From contig CAZJPW010000003.1 of assembly GCA_964548405.1 (NCBI GenBank), positions 1 through 61,514 on the forward strand: 61,514 nucleotides of DNA, written 5' to 3'. The notes below the pieces were generated by a model. That model saw only the letters and a list, made by a program, of their open reading frames with translations, had not been told where the DNA came from and ran no database searches. Made by a program: the position numbers and the translations under genes. The stretch comes from an uncultured Candidatus Saccharibacteria bacterium (GTDB lineage: Bacteria; Patescibacteriota; Minisyncoccia; Portnoybacterales; UBA2143). The stretch's first letter is position 1, and each line of letters opens with the position of its first letter. Below are positions 8,866-20,825 of this stretch, in pieces.

Positions 8866-10095
8866 GTGTTCCTAGTTTCAGTAGCTGTTTACGCAGCGAC
8901 AACCGTCGGTACAAATATTAGCACGGACGGAACAGTAACTATGGAAAGCGCTTCAACCACTAATGACTTTTGGTTGGGAAATGTTATTGCTGATGATGAT
9001 GATTCCCTTTTCTTTGATGCCTCTGGAACAGAGTATATAATGTGGGATGACGATCCCGGAGAATTTGATTTTAGCGATGATCTAAATATAGTTGGCGTAA
9101 CAACTAGCACCTTAGCTTTTTGGGCTGGCGCTGGTGGCACAGTTGATAATATTAATATGACTGGCGGCGATGTCTATGTTCAGAACGACGTAGAAATTGA
9201 TGGCGCCTTATATCTAACTGGCGCAGCAACTGTTACTGGTCTAGCGACTTTTGACAGAGCTACATCTACTTCAGCTACTACCACTGATTATCTATATATT
9301 GGTCCAGACGGCGCTGAAGGTACTTTTGATTTTAGTGGCGGTGATTTGTATGTTGCTGATGATGTAGAAATTGAAGACGTCTTGAATGTTGCTGGTTTAT
9401 CGACTTTTACTGGGTTTATTTCGACAGCTTCATCGACGGTAGACGCGAATCTAAATATTACAGGAAACTCTACTTCAACTAATGCTACTACGACTGGCTC
9501 AATGAATATAGACGGCGATTTACAAGTTGATGGAACAGCAGATATCACTGGCGCAGTAACTGTCACTGGTCTAGCGACTTTTGACAAGGCTACATCTACT
9601 TCGGCTACTACCACTGATTATCTATATATTGGTCCAGACGGCACTGAAGATTTCTTTGATTTTAGTGGCGGTGACTTGTATGTTGCAGATGACGCAGAAG
9701 TAGAGGATGATTTGAATGTAGGTGGTTTTGCTAGTTCGACTGGAGATATGAATACTCAAGCAAACGCGCATGTGGGCGGTACTTTCGATGTTGATGGCAC
9801 TGCTGCTCTTGGTGGTGGTAATGCTATTACTAAGTTCATGTTTGGTACTTGTGATATTGCTACTGTTTCAGTTAGCGCCACAAGCACTGCTTTTATTGAG
9901 TGTACTTCCGCGACTGGGGTGCAATCCGGTGATAATGTATTTGTTACGGCAACCAGCTCCTTACCAGAGAACTTTATTATCCAAGCTGCTTCCTCTACGG
10001 TCTCTGATGAGATTTCTTTAAGGATATTTAATGCTGGCAGCATTGAAGGAACTGATACAGGCGCTCGAACCTTCTTCTGGCAGGCAATGCGGTAA
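8866..10095 (+). CDS. Secreted S/T/D-rich surface protein with internal repeat; true start uncertain
   Basis: ATTVGTNISTDG N-terminus and ATSTSATTT motifs. The frame is open upstream to 8821 and encodes KSIKILASLLSVFISVFLVSVAVYA (signal-peptide-like) with no in-frame ATG. Confidence 0.75.
   Translation: MFLVSVAVYAATTVGTNISTDGTVTMESASTTNDFWLGNVIADDDDSLFFDASGTEYIMWDDDPGEFDFSDDLNIVGVTTSTLAFWAGAGGTVDNINMTGGDVYVQNDVEIDGALYLTGAATVTGLATFDRATSTSATTTDYLYIGPDGAEGTFDFSGGDLYVADDVEIEDVLNVAGLSTFTGFISTASSTVDANLNITGNSTSTNATTTGSMNIDGDLQVDGTADITGAVTVTGLATFDKATSTSATTTDYLYIGPDGTEDFFDFSGGDLYVADDAEVEDDLNVGGFASSTGDMNTQANAHVGGTFDVDGTAALGGGNAITKFMFGTCDIATVSVSATSTAFIECTSATGVQSGDNVFVTATSSLPENFIIQAASSTVSDEISLRIFNAGSIEGTDTGARTFFWQAMR
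9217..9728 (+). repeat. Intragenic direct repeat of ~180 nt, offset 330 nt
   Basis: 9217-~9398 versus 9547-~9728, e.g. ctagcgacttttgaca at 9241 and 9571. Confidence 0.9.
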
Positions 10096-10118
10096 AATAA
10101 ATTTCGAAAGTCAAAATT

Positions 10119-11666
10119 ATGAAAAAAATTGTAATAACAATTTTAGCTTTATTGCTTTTGCCAGTTGGCGTTGGAGCGACGGCTGATGCGCTTACGTTTG
10201 CCCAAAATACTAATATTACAGTTGGAGATAATACTTTTGTAGTTTTAATTAACTCTTTAGTAGATGATATGGTGATTAATTCTACTAGCGTTACTTTTAC
10301 TCTTTCTGCAAATTCAATATTGGTTATCAGGTCAAATGATAGATATCAGATGCCAAATAACGCATCAATAGACTTTACCTGTAATAGTTCTTATTCGGAG
10401 ATGAATATTTCGGGAACCACTTATGGTACCAGCGTAACAATTACTGCTTCTAGCGCTGTTTGTAGCACTAGCAGTGGTAGTAGTACTTCTGTTAGTAGCG
10501 GCGGCGGTGGCGGTGGCGCTACAACAGTTACACCAAGCACACCAAGTGTGCCGACTACTACTACGGGTGAGGTAACAGCGACTGCTTCAGGTGGTGGTAA
10601 GACGACTTTGACAACGAGCGAAAGTACGACAGTTGTTGCTGAATTACCAGCTAATGCAGTTAGCGCTTCAACTGATGTTAAAGTAGAAGAAGCAGGTAAA
10701 AGTGTTGTTACGGCTTCTCGGCCAATTCCTTCTAGTAGAACTATTGTTGGTGACTATGCCTATGATTTTACAGCTACCTCTGGCGGGAGTTCAGTCAGTA
10801 ACTTTGATCAGGCAGTAACTTTGACCTTCACCTATACAGATAGTCAGGTTGCTGGATTAGAAGAATCAACTTTGAGAGTCTTTTATTGGAAGGAATCTAC
10901 TTCTCAATGGGTTGCTTTGCCAACTACGGTGGATGCGAGTAATAATAGTTTGACAGCCGAAACTGATCACTTTACTTATTTTGCTGTTATGGCTGTGGCT
11001 GAAGGCGAAGAAGAAAGTGAAATAGTTGAGGAAATATCATCTACCGGAGTTGTAGAGGGTGATTTAATCCGTAATCCTAATGCCGAAGGCATGGCCCAAT
11101 TTGACATATATATTGTCAAGTTAATTAATAACAAGAAGTTTAAGAGATTGATTCTGTCTCCCCATGTCTTTGAAAGTTATGAGCATTTTGACAAAGATGG
11201 CAATGGCAGTCCCTGGAATGATGTTCTTGATGTAAATCAGCTAACTATGGACGAGTATGCTAATTCTGATTTGGTTAGAGTTGTTGGAGGGACTAAGGTC
11301 TATCAATTAATTCCATCTGGCGATACTGGGACTAAGCAATGGTTGAATATGACAGGTGAGCAATTTGTTTCTCAAGGATATGATGGAGATTCTATCTATG
11401 AGATTAATGCCACTGATCAAGATGCCTATACTACTGGAACGGATGTTGGCGGCGGAACAGCAGATTCAGACACTATTATCATCACAATCTCCACCTTAAG
11501 AGTCAGAAGCTTGCCTTCCACGAATGGAGAAGTGCTTACTAATGTTTCTGAGGGAGAAGTTTATACTCTACTTGATGAACAAGATGGTTGGTATAAGATT
11601 ACAGCTAATGGTGTTACGGGATGGTGTTATGGCGGAGATACTGGTGGTTATGCATCTAAGCAGTAA
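10119..11666 (+). CDS. Secreted surface protein: G/S/T linker, HFT-motif domain, shared anchor-like domain, C-terminal SH3b
   Basis: Signal peptide; SSGGGGGG linker; LRVFYW...SQWVALPTTVD...TDHFTYFAV; GDLIRNP...[16 protein letters not shown]; LRVRSLPSTNGEVL...GWYKI...GW. Confidence 0.8.
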   Translation: MKKIVITILALLLLPVGVGATADALTFAQNTNITVGDNTFVVLINSLVDDMVINSTSVTFTLSANSILVIRSNDRYQMPNNASIDFTCNSSYSEMNISGTTYGTSVTITASSAVCSTSSGSSTSVSSGGGGGGATTVTPSTPSVPTTTTGEVTATASGGGKTTLTTSESTTVVAELPANAVSASTDVKVEEAGKSVVTASRPIPSSRTIVGDYAYDFTATSGGSSVSNFDQAVTLTFTYTDSQVAGLEESTLRVFYWKESTSQWVALPTTVDASNNSLTAETDHFTYFAVMAVAEGEEESEIVEEISSTGVVEGDLIRNPNAEGMAQFDIYIVKLINNKKFKRLILSPHVFESYEHFDKDGNGSPWNDVLDVNQLTMDEYANSDLVRVVGGTKVYQLIPSGDTGTKQWLNMTGEQFVSQGYDGDSIYEINATDQDAYTTGTDVGGGTADSDTIIITISTLRVRSLPSTNGEVLTNVSEGEVYTLLDEQDGWYKITANGVTGWCYGGDTGGYASKQ

Positions 11667-11691
11667 TAAAGCTATTAAAAGTTAAAAGCTT

Positions 11692-11730
11692 AAATAAAAG
11701 ACAAGCCCGTCTTGGGCTTGTCTTTTATTT
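11692..11730. terminator. Intrinsic (bidirectional) terminator
   Basis: 17-bp stem AAATAAAAGACAAGCCC-GTCTT-GGGCTTGTCTTTTATTT. Confidence 0.85.
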
Positions 11731-11733
11731 CTG

Positions 11734-14075
<2,342 letters not shown>

Positions 14076-14079
<4 letters not shown>

Positions 14080-16349
14080 ACTTAGAAAAAACCTTAAAAG
14101 GAATTATTTGGATTGGTTTAGCCGGTATTTGTTTTGTCCCTTTAATAGTCGGTAGTAGTTATTATTTTCCATATATTGTTCCCAAAACACTAGCTTTTAG
14201 GGTTATTGTTGAGGTTATTTTTTTGGCCTTTTTAGGCTTGGCTATTCTTAGGAAAGAATATCGATCAAAATTTAATTTAGTTTTGGTTTTGTTTTTTTTC
14301 TATTTAGTTACGGTTTTTATTTCTTCGGCTTTGTCTGGTTCTTTTAATTTTAGTTTTTGGAGTAATAATGAACGGAGCGAAGGACTCCTTTTATTATTGC
14401 ACCTTTTTATCTATTTAATTGTCTTGAGCGGGTTTTTACGTCGGCTTAAAGATTGGCTGATTGTTTTTGAAATTTCTTTTTTAAGCAGTATTCTAGTCAC
14501 TTTGTATTCAATAGGTCAGCATTTCCATCTTAGCGGCTTCATTGTTTCAGCAGGTGGCGCTCGAATTACAGCTACAATTGGTAATGCTGGTTATGTGGCT
14601 GGTTATTTAATCTTTAATTTACTTTTTGGTCTGTTACTTTTTTATTTTAGAAAGAATAAATTTTTGCGCTGGTACTATATCTTGGGTATTCTTTTACAGA
14701 TATATATTATTTTTAACACTTTGACTCGAGGTGGTATTATTGCTTTAGTTTTTTCATTAGCTCTGTTTATTGGATATTTAGCTTTTTCTTATTTAAAAAA
14801 TAATAAACTGGTTAAAAGAGCGGGTTTAGGATTAATTATTCTCTTTATAATATTTACCAGTTTTGTTTTTGCTAATAAAGAGGCTGATTGGATTAGGAAT
14901 AATAATGTTTTAGAAAGAATTACTAGTATTTCTGTTAGTGCCACCACAGCTCAAAATCGTTTAATGACTTGGGAATCATCTTACAAGGGTTTTAAAGAAA
15001 AGCCGATTCTTGGTTATGGTTACGAAAACTTTTATCAAGTTTTTGATAAGTATTTTAATCCTAGAATTTATCGTCATGCTGGTTCAGTTGTTTGGTTTGA
15101 TCGAGCTCATAATATGATTTTTGATCGTTTGATTACAGGTGGATTAATTGGTTTGTTTTTATATTTAGCTTTGTTAATTTTACCTCTTTTTTATATCTGG
15201 AAGCATTTTTTGAAAAACAAGACATCAAGCGGCTATTATCTGCCAGTGATATTTAGTTTGATAATATTAGCATATTTAATTCAAAATATGTTCATTTTTG
15301 AAGCTTTAGTTACCTATATTCCTCTTTTTATTGTTTTAGCTTTTCTTTCTCAATTTTGTCCTGATTGGGGTAAGAATATTTCCCAATCAAAAAAACCTTA
15401 CTCAATTCTTTTAGTTTTGTGTATTATTATTGCAGTTCCTTTGACCTTTATGTTAAATGTTAAGCCGATTTTGGCTAATAGGGATTTTATTAAGGCCCTA
15501 ATCTATTCTCAGCAAAATATGCCAACCCAGGCCTATGATGGATTTATTGATGTTTTAGATAGGGATACTTTAGGCAATCAAGAATATAGGCAGCATTTTG
15601 GTGAATTTATTGCTACAACAATTAATCTGCCTGATAAAAAAACTGAAGAGAATTGGGAGAAGACGATTACTGTCAGAGGAGAGCAGGAGTTTGAAAATCA
15701 GATGGCAGAAAAGCCGTTAGCTGCTCGAAATTATCTGATGACTATGAGGTTTTTGCTTAAAACTTACCAATACGACATTAGTCGTTTGGAAAAAGCAATA
15801 GAAATAGGTAAACAGGTTGAAAAATTAAGTCCTAATCGTCCTCAAATATTTTATGAGGTTGGCTATAGTAAATATTATTTGGGTAAATATTTTGAGAATG
15901 CTGGGCGAAAAGAAGAGGCAGGAAAACTTTTTGATGAAGCAATAGTTAATATGCAAAAAGCAATTGATTTGCAAGATCAGGTGACCGAATCATATATTAA
16001 TATGATTATGCTTCTCTTGGTTACTAATCGAAGTGATGGCATTCAAGCTTATTTTGATAAAATGGATCAATTTGGCCTAAGTTATCACGATGAAGCTAGC
16101 TTAGTGCGTATGGCTAATTCAGCTATTCAATCTAAAGAATACGAATGGACTAAAAGATTTTACCAGGAATTAGTTAAAACTTCCCCTGATAAACCGAATA
16201 ACTGGGTAAATCTAGCCTTAGCTTATGCTTATTTAGGGCAAAAAGAAAAAGCCATAGAAACGGCTGAAAGAATTAAGGAGTTTGGTGGAGATTATGCTCG
16301 GCAATCCGATTTGTTTATTCAGGATATTTTAAGTGGGGGATTTGATTAG
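14076..16349 (+). CDS. O-antigen-ligase-like (Wzy_C) membrane protein with C-terminal TPRs; candidate oligosaccharyltransferase
   Basis: About 12 TM helices; TIGNAGYVA, TLTRGG, GYGYENF, FDRAHNMIFDRLITGGLIG; TPR-like tail. Confidence 0.85.
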
Positions 16350-17371
16350 TTTTTGGTTTTGTGTGTTTTGTTAAAATTTATACTTATGCCGTAAAAGTCA
16401 GTATTACCTAAGGAGCATTTTTGGCATAGATTGTATTTTTTAAGGAGAGCTGTTCTCCTTTTTTTAATTGTCTCTGGCATAGTAAATGTTTTAATAAAGC
16501 CTTGTTCTTTAATACTGGGAAACTTAACAATACTATCAAAATCTCCACAACAAAGACCAAGTGTCCCGTTCCAATAAACTACAGCTTGTCTTAAAGGAAC
16601 AGTGCAGATCGTTTTTTTAATTTTGGACCTTTCTCTTCTGAGTTTTTTGCTTGGCAATAAATAACTGTATTTGTTTTTCATTTCAGCGGTAGTATAGGTT
16701 CCCATGCTTAATGATTTTAAATTTATTGCATCAACTCCTATATTTTTTGCCCATAAAGTTATTTCTTTTATTTCTTTTTCTGAAAATGAAGTTAAAAGAG
16801 TTTGGATAGTAATGAATGGTTTTTCAGTTTTTAATTGTTTTTTTAAAAATACAAAATTTTCAATATTTTTCTTAACTTCTTCAAACTCAGAGCCGATTCT
16901 ATAAGCTTCGTGAGATTCTTTTGTTGTTCCTTCAATGCATAAATGTATAGAATCTAGCCCATTTTTTATTAATTTTTTTGATAATTCCTTAGTTAATGTT
17001 GTTGCGTTTGTACTTATATATGTTGGACATCCTTTTTGATATGCGTATTTAACTAATTTGTCTATGTTTTTATGTAGAAGAGGTTCTCCTGCAAAGCTCA
17101 TTAAAATTCTGGGCTTTGTTTTTTTATTTTCGAAATCATCAATAATAGATTTAAATAAATCAAGATCAATGAATCCTTTTTTTCTTTTCATCGCAAAATG
17201 TGTTGGACAGACAGGACATCTTAAATTACAAGCATTAGTTGGTTCAATAACAATCTCTGAAGGTATTTTTTTGAATATTTGTTGTGGACAAAACTTGGCT
17301 AATCTAGCAATAATATCCCAAGCTATTTGATATTTTTTTATTTTTGATTTAACTATATTATAGAGAGTCAT
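16346..17371 (-). CDS. Radical SAM protein with SPASM/twitch domain
   Basis: IEPTNACNLRCPVC; FAGEPLL; C-terminal CTVP...GLCC...CQKC. Confidence 0.88.
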   Translation of the reverse strand: MTLYNIVKSKIKKYQIAWDIIARLAKFCPQQIFKKIPSEIVIEPTNACNLRCPVCPTHFAMKRKKGFIDLDLFKSIIDDFENKKTKPRILMSFAGEPLLHKNIDKLVKYAYQKGCPTYISTNATTLTKELSKKLIKNGLDSIHLCIEGTTKESHEAYRIGSEFEEVKKNIENFVFLKKQLKTEKPFITIQTLLTSFSEKEIKEITLWAKNIGVDAINLKSLSMGTYTTAEMKNKYSYLLPSKKLRRERSKIKKTICTVPLRQAVVYWNGTLGLCCGDFDSIVKFPSIKEQGFIKTFTMPETIKKRRTALLKKYNLCQKCSLGNTDFYGISINFNKTHKTKN

Positions 17372-17375
17372 GCAT

Positions 17376-18515
17376 TTAATTATATAATTTTTTGGTTTTG
17401 TTTATCATTCGTTCCAGGTTGAATTCTTGTTCTGCTTTTTGTTTTGCCTGCTCGGCAATTTTTTTTGCTTTTTCTGGATTAGCTATGATTTGTTCTATTT
17501 TTTCTCTAATTAAGTTTGGCTTTTTCGGTTTAATTAAATACCCGGTTTTATTATCTTTAATCATTTCTGGGATGCCGCCTACACCGGTGGTAATAATAGG
17601 TAATTCTGCAACCATCGCTTCAATAATCGTGTAAGGCAATCCTTCTTTAAGTGAAGGAAGGATAAAAATATCAAAAGCTTTGAGATATTTGATTGCCTTA
17701 GGAATAAATTCAATCAATCGGACATTATCCAAATTATATTTTTTATCATAATTATACATTTTTTCTTTGTCTGGATTTTCTCCGCTGCCAATTAAAATCA
17801 AATCAAATTTTTCTTTTTTTAATTTAAGAGTCTGGGTGGCTTTGATTAGATAAATTAATCCTTTGTTTCTGGTCCATTCAGCAATAGTGCCGATCACCAA
17901 AGGAGAAGTATGGCCCAATAATTTTTTTTGAGCTTCTTCTTTAGGAAAAAAAGTAAGTTTTTCAATATCTATTCCATTATGAATAGTGGTTAATTTTTCT
18001 TCTGGAGCTAATTTGTGCTTAATAGCTATTTGTTTATCGTATTCAGAAACACAGATTATCTGGTCATAAAATAGTGATGTTATTTTACTAAAGAGCTTAA
18101 TTAATTTAAGTTGCCATTGAGGTCGGTCTTCATTAATGGCCCAGCCATGGGCGGTAAAAATGAGTTTGACTTTTTTACCTATTAATATTTTATAAATTAA
18201 GCCGGCGACACCAACAAGGCCGCCAGCTTTAGAACTGTTGGCGTGGATAATGCCTGGCTTAATCTGGAAAAGCAGGGAAAGAATCTCAAATCCAGCTAGG
18301 AATTCTTTGAAAATATTAATGTTTCTTTGAAAGTTAGTAATCTTATAATACGGGATATTGGTTTGTTTAATTCTTTGATAGAATTTACCATGACCGCCCG
18401 CAGCTATTGAAACGTTAAAGTCGCCTTGCAGGTTGGTTGCCAGGCTATGAGTGTATACAGCTGCTCCTCCCCAGACAGATTTGGTAATGATGTATAAGAT
18501 TGATTTTTTAGCCAT
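17376..18515 (-). CDS. Glycosyltransferase family 4
   Basis: ITKSVWGGA, IHANSSKAG, LPSLKEGLPYTIIEAM. Confidence 0.9.
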   Translation of the reverse strand: MAKKSILYIITKSVWGGAAVYTHSLATNLQGDFNVSIAAGGHGKFYQRIKQTNIPYYKITNFQRNINIFKEFLAGFEILSLLFQIKPGIIHANSSKAGGLVGVAGLIYKILIGKKVKLIFTAHGWAINEDRPQWQLKLIKLFSKITSLFYDQIICVSEYDKQIAIKHKLAPEEKLTTIHNGIDIEKLTFFPKEEAQKKLLGHTSPLVIGTIAEWTRNKGLIYLIKATQTLKLKKEKFDLILIGSGENPDKEKMYNYDKKYNLDNVRLIEFIPKAIKYLKAFDIFILPSLKEGLPYTIIEAMVAELPIITTGVGGIPEMIKDNKTGYLIKPKKPNLIREKIEQIIANPEKAKKIAEQAKQKAEQEFNLERMINKTKKLYN

Positions 18516-18534
18516 TTTCTAGTATATTAGTATA
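18500..18534. promoter_or_regulatory. Overlapping divergent promoters in a 22-bp gap
   Basis: Plus strand: TTGATT (18500), N17, TATATT (18523). Minus strand: TATACT (agtata 18521-18526), 5 nt before ATG 18515. Confidence 0.5.
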
Positions 18535-18537
18535 TAT

Positions 18538-19671
18538 ATGGCCAATAATCAAGAGCCAAATGTTTTGATTTTCTCCACTGCCTATTTTCCACTAATAGGT
18601 GGGGCAGAAGTGGCTGTTAAAGAAATAACTGACCGAGTCAGTAGTTTTGGGTTTGATTTGGTAACTGCTAAGCTGAAACCAGATTTGCCTGAGTTTGAAA
18701 AGATAGGAAATGTTAATGTTTATAGAGTTGGTTTAGGTTTAGGATTTTTAGATAAGTTTTTATTGCCTCTTTTTGGTTTTGCTAAAGCTTTAAATCTGGA
18801 TAAGCAAAGAAATTATCAGATAATCTGGTCTATTATGGCTAGTCAAGCAGGCGTAGCCGCTGCTTTTTTTAAAATTGCCCGGCCTAATAAAAAATTATTA
18901 CTTACTTTACAGGAAGGCGATCCAGAAAAGCACTTGCAAAGATATGTCGTCGGTCTGAAGTTTTTATACAGAATTTTTATTAAACCTTGGCATTTACTGC
19001 CTTTTAAAAAAGCTGATTATTTAACAGTTATCAGTAAATATTTAAAACAACGAGCTTTAAGGAATAAGGTTAAGGTTCCTATAGAAATTGTACCTAATGG
19101 GGCAAATTTGGAAATGTTTAAGCCAAAGGATAAGAATAATAGGGAAAAGATAATTTTTACTGTTTCGCGGTTGGTTAAAAAAAATGGAGTTGAGGATTTA
19201 ATTAAAGCGGGCCAGTATTTAGATTTTGATTTTAAAATTTTGATTGTTGGTGATGGGCCAGAAGAAAGTAAATTAAAGAGACTAGTTGATAAGTTAAATA
19301 TTAGTGATAAAGTTGTTTTCAATGGTCAGGTTGAATACAGGGATTTAGCTAAATATTATTCCCAGGCTGATATTTTTGTCCGGGCTTCTCTATCTGAAGG
19401 CCAAGGAATTGCTTTTTTAGAAGCTATGGCTTCTGGAGTCCCGGTAATTGGAACGCCAGTAGGCGGTATTCCTGATTTTCTGGAAGATGGCAGAACTGGT
19501 TTGTTTTGTGAGGTAAGCAACCCTGAGAGTATTGCTCAGAAAATTAACGAAATTTTAAAAGATGATAATTTAAGAAAAAATATTATTCATAATGGTCTAG
19601 AGTTAGTTAGAGAAAAATATTCTTGGGATAAGATTAGTTTAAAAATGGAAGAGGTTTTTAATAGATTATGA
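18538..19671 (+). CDS. Glycosyltransferase family 4
   Basis: YFPLIGGAE, SRLVKKNG, ASLSEGQGIAFLEAM. Confidence 0.9.
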   Translation: MANNQEPNVLIFSTAYFPLIGGAEVAVKEITDRVSSFGFDLVTAKLKPDLPEFEKIGNVNVYRVGLGLGFLDKFLLPLFGFAKALNLDKQRNYQIIWSIMASQAGVAAAFFKIARPNKKLLLTLQEGDPEKHLQRYVVGLKFLYRIFIKPWHLLPFKKADYLTVISKYLKQRALRNKVKVPIEIVPNGANLEMFKPKDKNNREKIIFTVSRLVKKNGVEDLIKAGQYLDFDFKILIVGDGPEESKLKRLVDKLNISDKVVFNGQVEYRDLAKYYSQADIFVRASLSEGQGIAFLEAMASGVPVIGTPVGGIPDFLEDGRTGLFCEVSNPESIAQKINEILKDDNLRKNIIHNGLELVREKYSWDKISLKMEEVFNRL

Positions 19672-20825
19672 ATAAAAGAATTTTAATTTTAACAGGTGTT
19701 TTTTTAGAAGAGATAGGCGGACCGCCTACTTTATTAAAAGCGCTCAATTTGGAATTAATTAAGCGTGGTTACCAAGTGACAGTTTTAACTTTTGGTTCTA
19801 AAAAAGAAGCTAAAAAATATCCTTATCCAGTTAAAGTTGTTTCAGATAGGTGGCCATATTTTATCCAATCTCCCTTGTATTTATTAAAAGGGATGCTTTT
19901 GAGTTTGAGAGTAGATGTTTTGTATAATTTGGATTTATATGTGGCTGGATTTGCTGGTCTGTTAATCAAAAAGTTTTTGGGGAAAAAATTGGTAACTAGA
20001 TTTGTGGGTGATCCGGCTTGGGAAATAGCGTTGAATCAAGGAATAACTCAGGATGATATTTTTGATTTCCAGGATAAGAAATATTCTTTTCTAATCGAGC
20101 AAAGAAGAAGAGCCAGAAAAAAGATATTAGGTAATTCAGATAAGGTAATAGTGGTTAGCTATTTTCTTAAAAAGCTGGCTATTAAAATTGGTTTACCTGA
20201 AGAAAAGATTAAAGTAATTTATAATTCTATTGATTTTTTGGACATAAAAGGTGATCCGAAAATAAATCTTAAAAAAGAACTTAATATTTCTGGTAAGGTT
20301 ATTTTAACCAATGCTCGTTTGACCCCATGGAAAGGTGTCGATATGTTGATTAAATTGATGCCTAAATTGATTAAAAAATACGAGGATATTAAGTTTGTTA
20401 TTATCAGTGACGGGCCAGAAAGGAAAAACCTTGAAAAATTAGCTATTGATTTGGATGTTGAAGAATATATTCTTTTTGTTGGACGGGTTAGTCGGAAATT
20501 GGTTGTGGAGTATTTAAAAATATCTGATGTTTTTGTTTTAAATACAAATTATGAAGGAATGTCTTTTTCAATCTTAGAAGCCATCAAAGTCGGTTTGCCT
20601 GTCATTACTACTCCAGCTGGTGGTAATCCAGAAACGATTAAAGACAAAGAGACCGGTTTATTAGTTGAATATCGTAATAAGGAACAATGGTTGGAAGCGA
20701 TTAATTCAGTTTTGGATAATAAAGAATTAGCTGGAAGATTTGTAGCTAATGCCAAAGAAGATTTAAAAAGATTTTCCTGGAATGATTTGGTTGAAAAAAC
20801 AATAAGGGTTTTTGAGAAGTTATAA
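19668..20825 (+). CDS. Glycosyltransferase family 4
   Basis: IGGPPT, ARLTPWKG, NTNYEGMSFSILEA. Confidence 0.9.
   Translation: MNKRILILTGVFLEEIGGPPTLLKALNLELIKRGYQVTVLTFGSKKEAKKYPYPVKVVSDRWPYFIQSPLYLLKGMLLSLRVDVLYNLDLYVAGFAGLLIKKFLGKKLVTRFVGDPAWEIALNQGITQDDIFDFQDKKYSFLIEQRRRARKKILGNSDKVIVVSYFLKKLAIKIGLPEEKIKVIYNSIDFLDIKGDPKINLKKELNISGKVILTNARLTPWKGVDMLIKLMPKLIKKYEDIKFVIISDGPERKNLEKLAIDLDVEEYILFVGRVSRKLVVEYLKISDVFVLNTNYEGMSFSILEAIKVGLPVITTPAGGNPETIKDKETGLLVEYRNKEQWLEAINSVLDNKELAGRFVANAKEDLKRFSWNDLVEKTIRVFEKL

Noticed and set aside
2120-9728. Diversity-generating retroelement (Avd-like four-helix bundle plus a repeat pair at 9217/9547)
   Set aside because: No reverse transcriptase is present, and the repeat differences are mixed and largely synonymous rather than adenine-specific.
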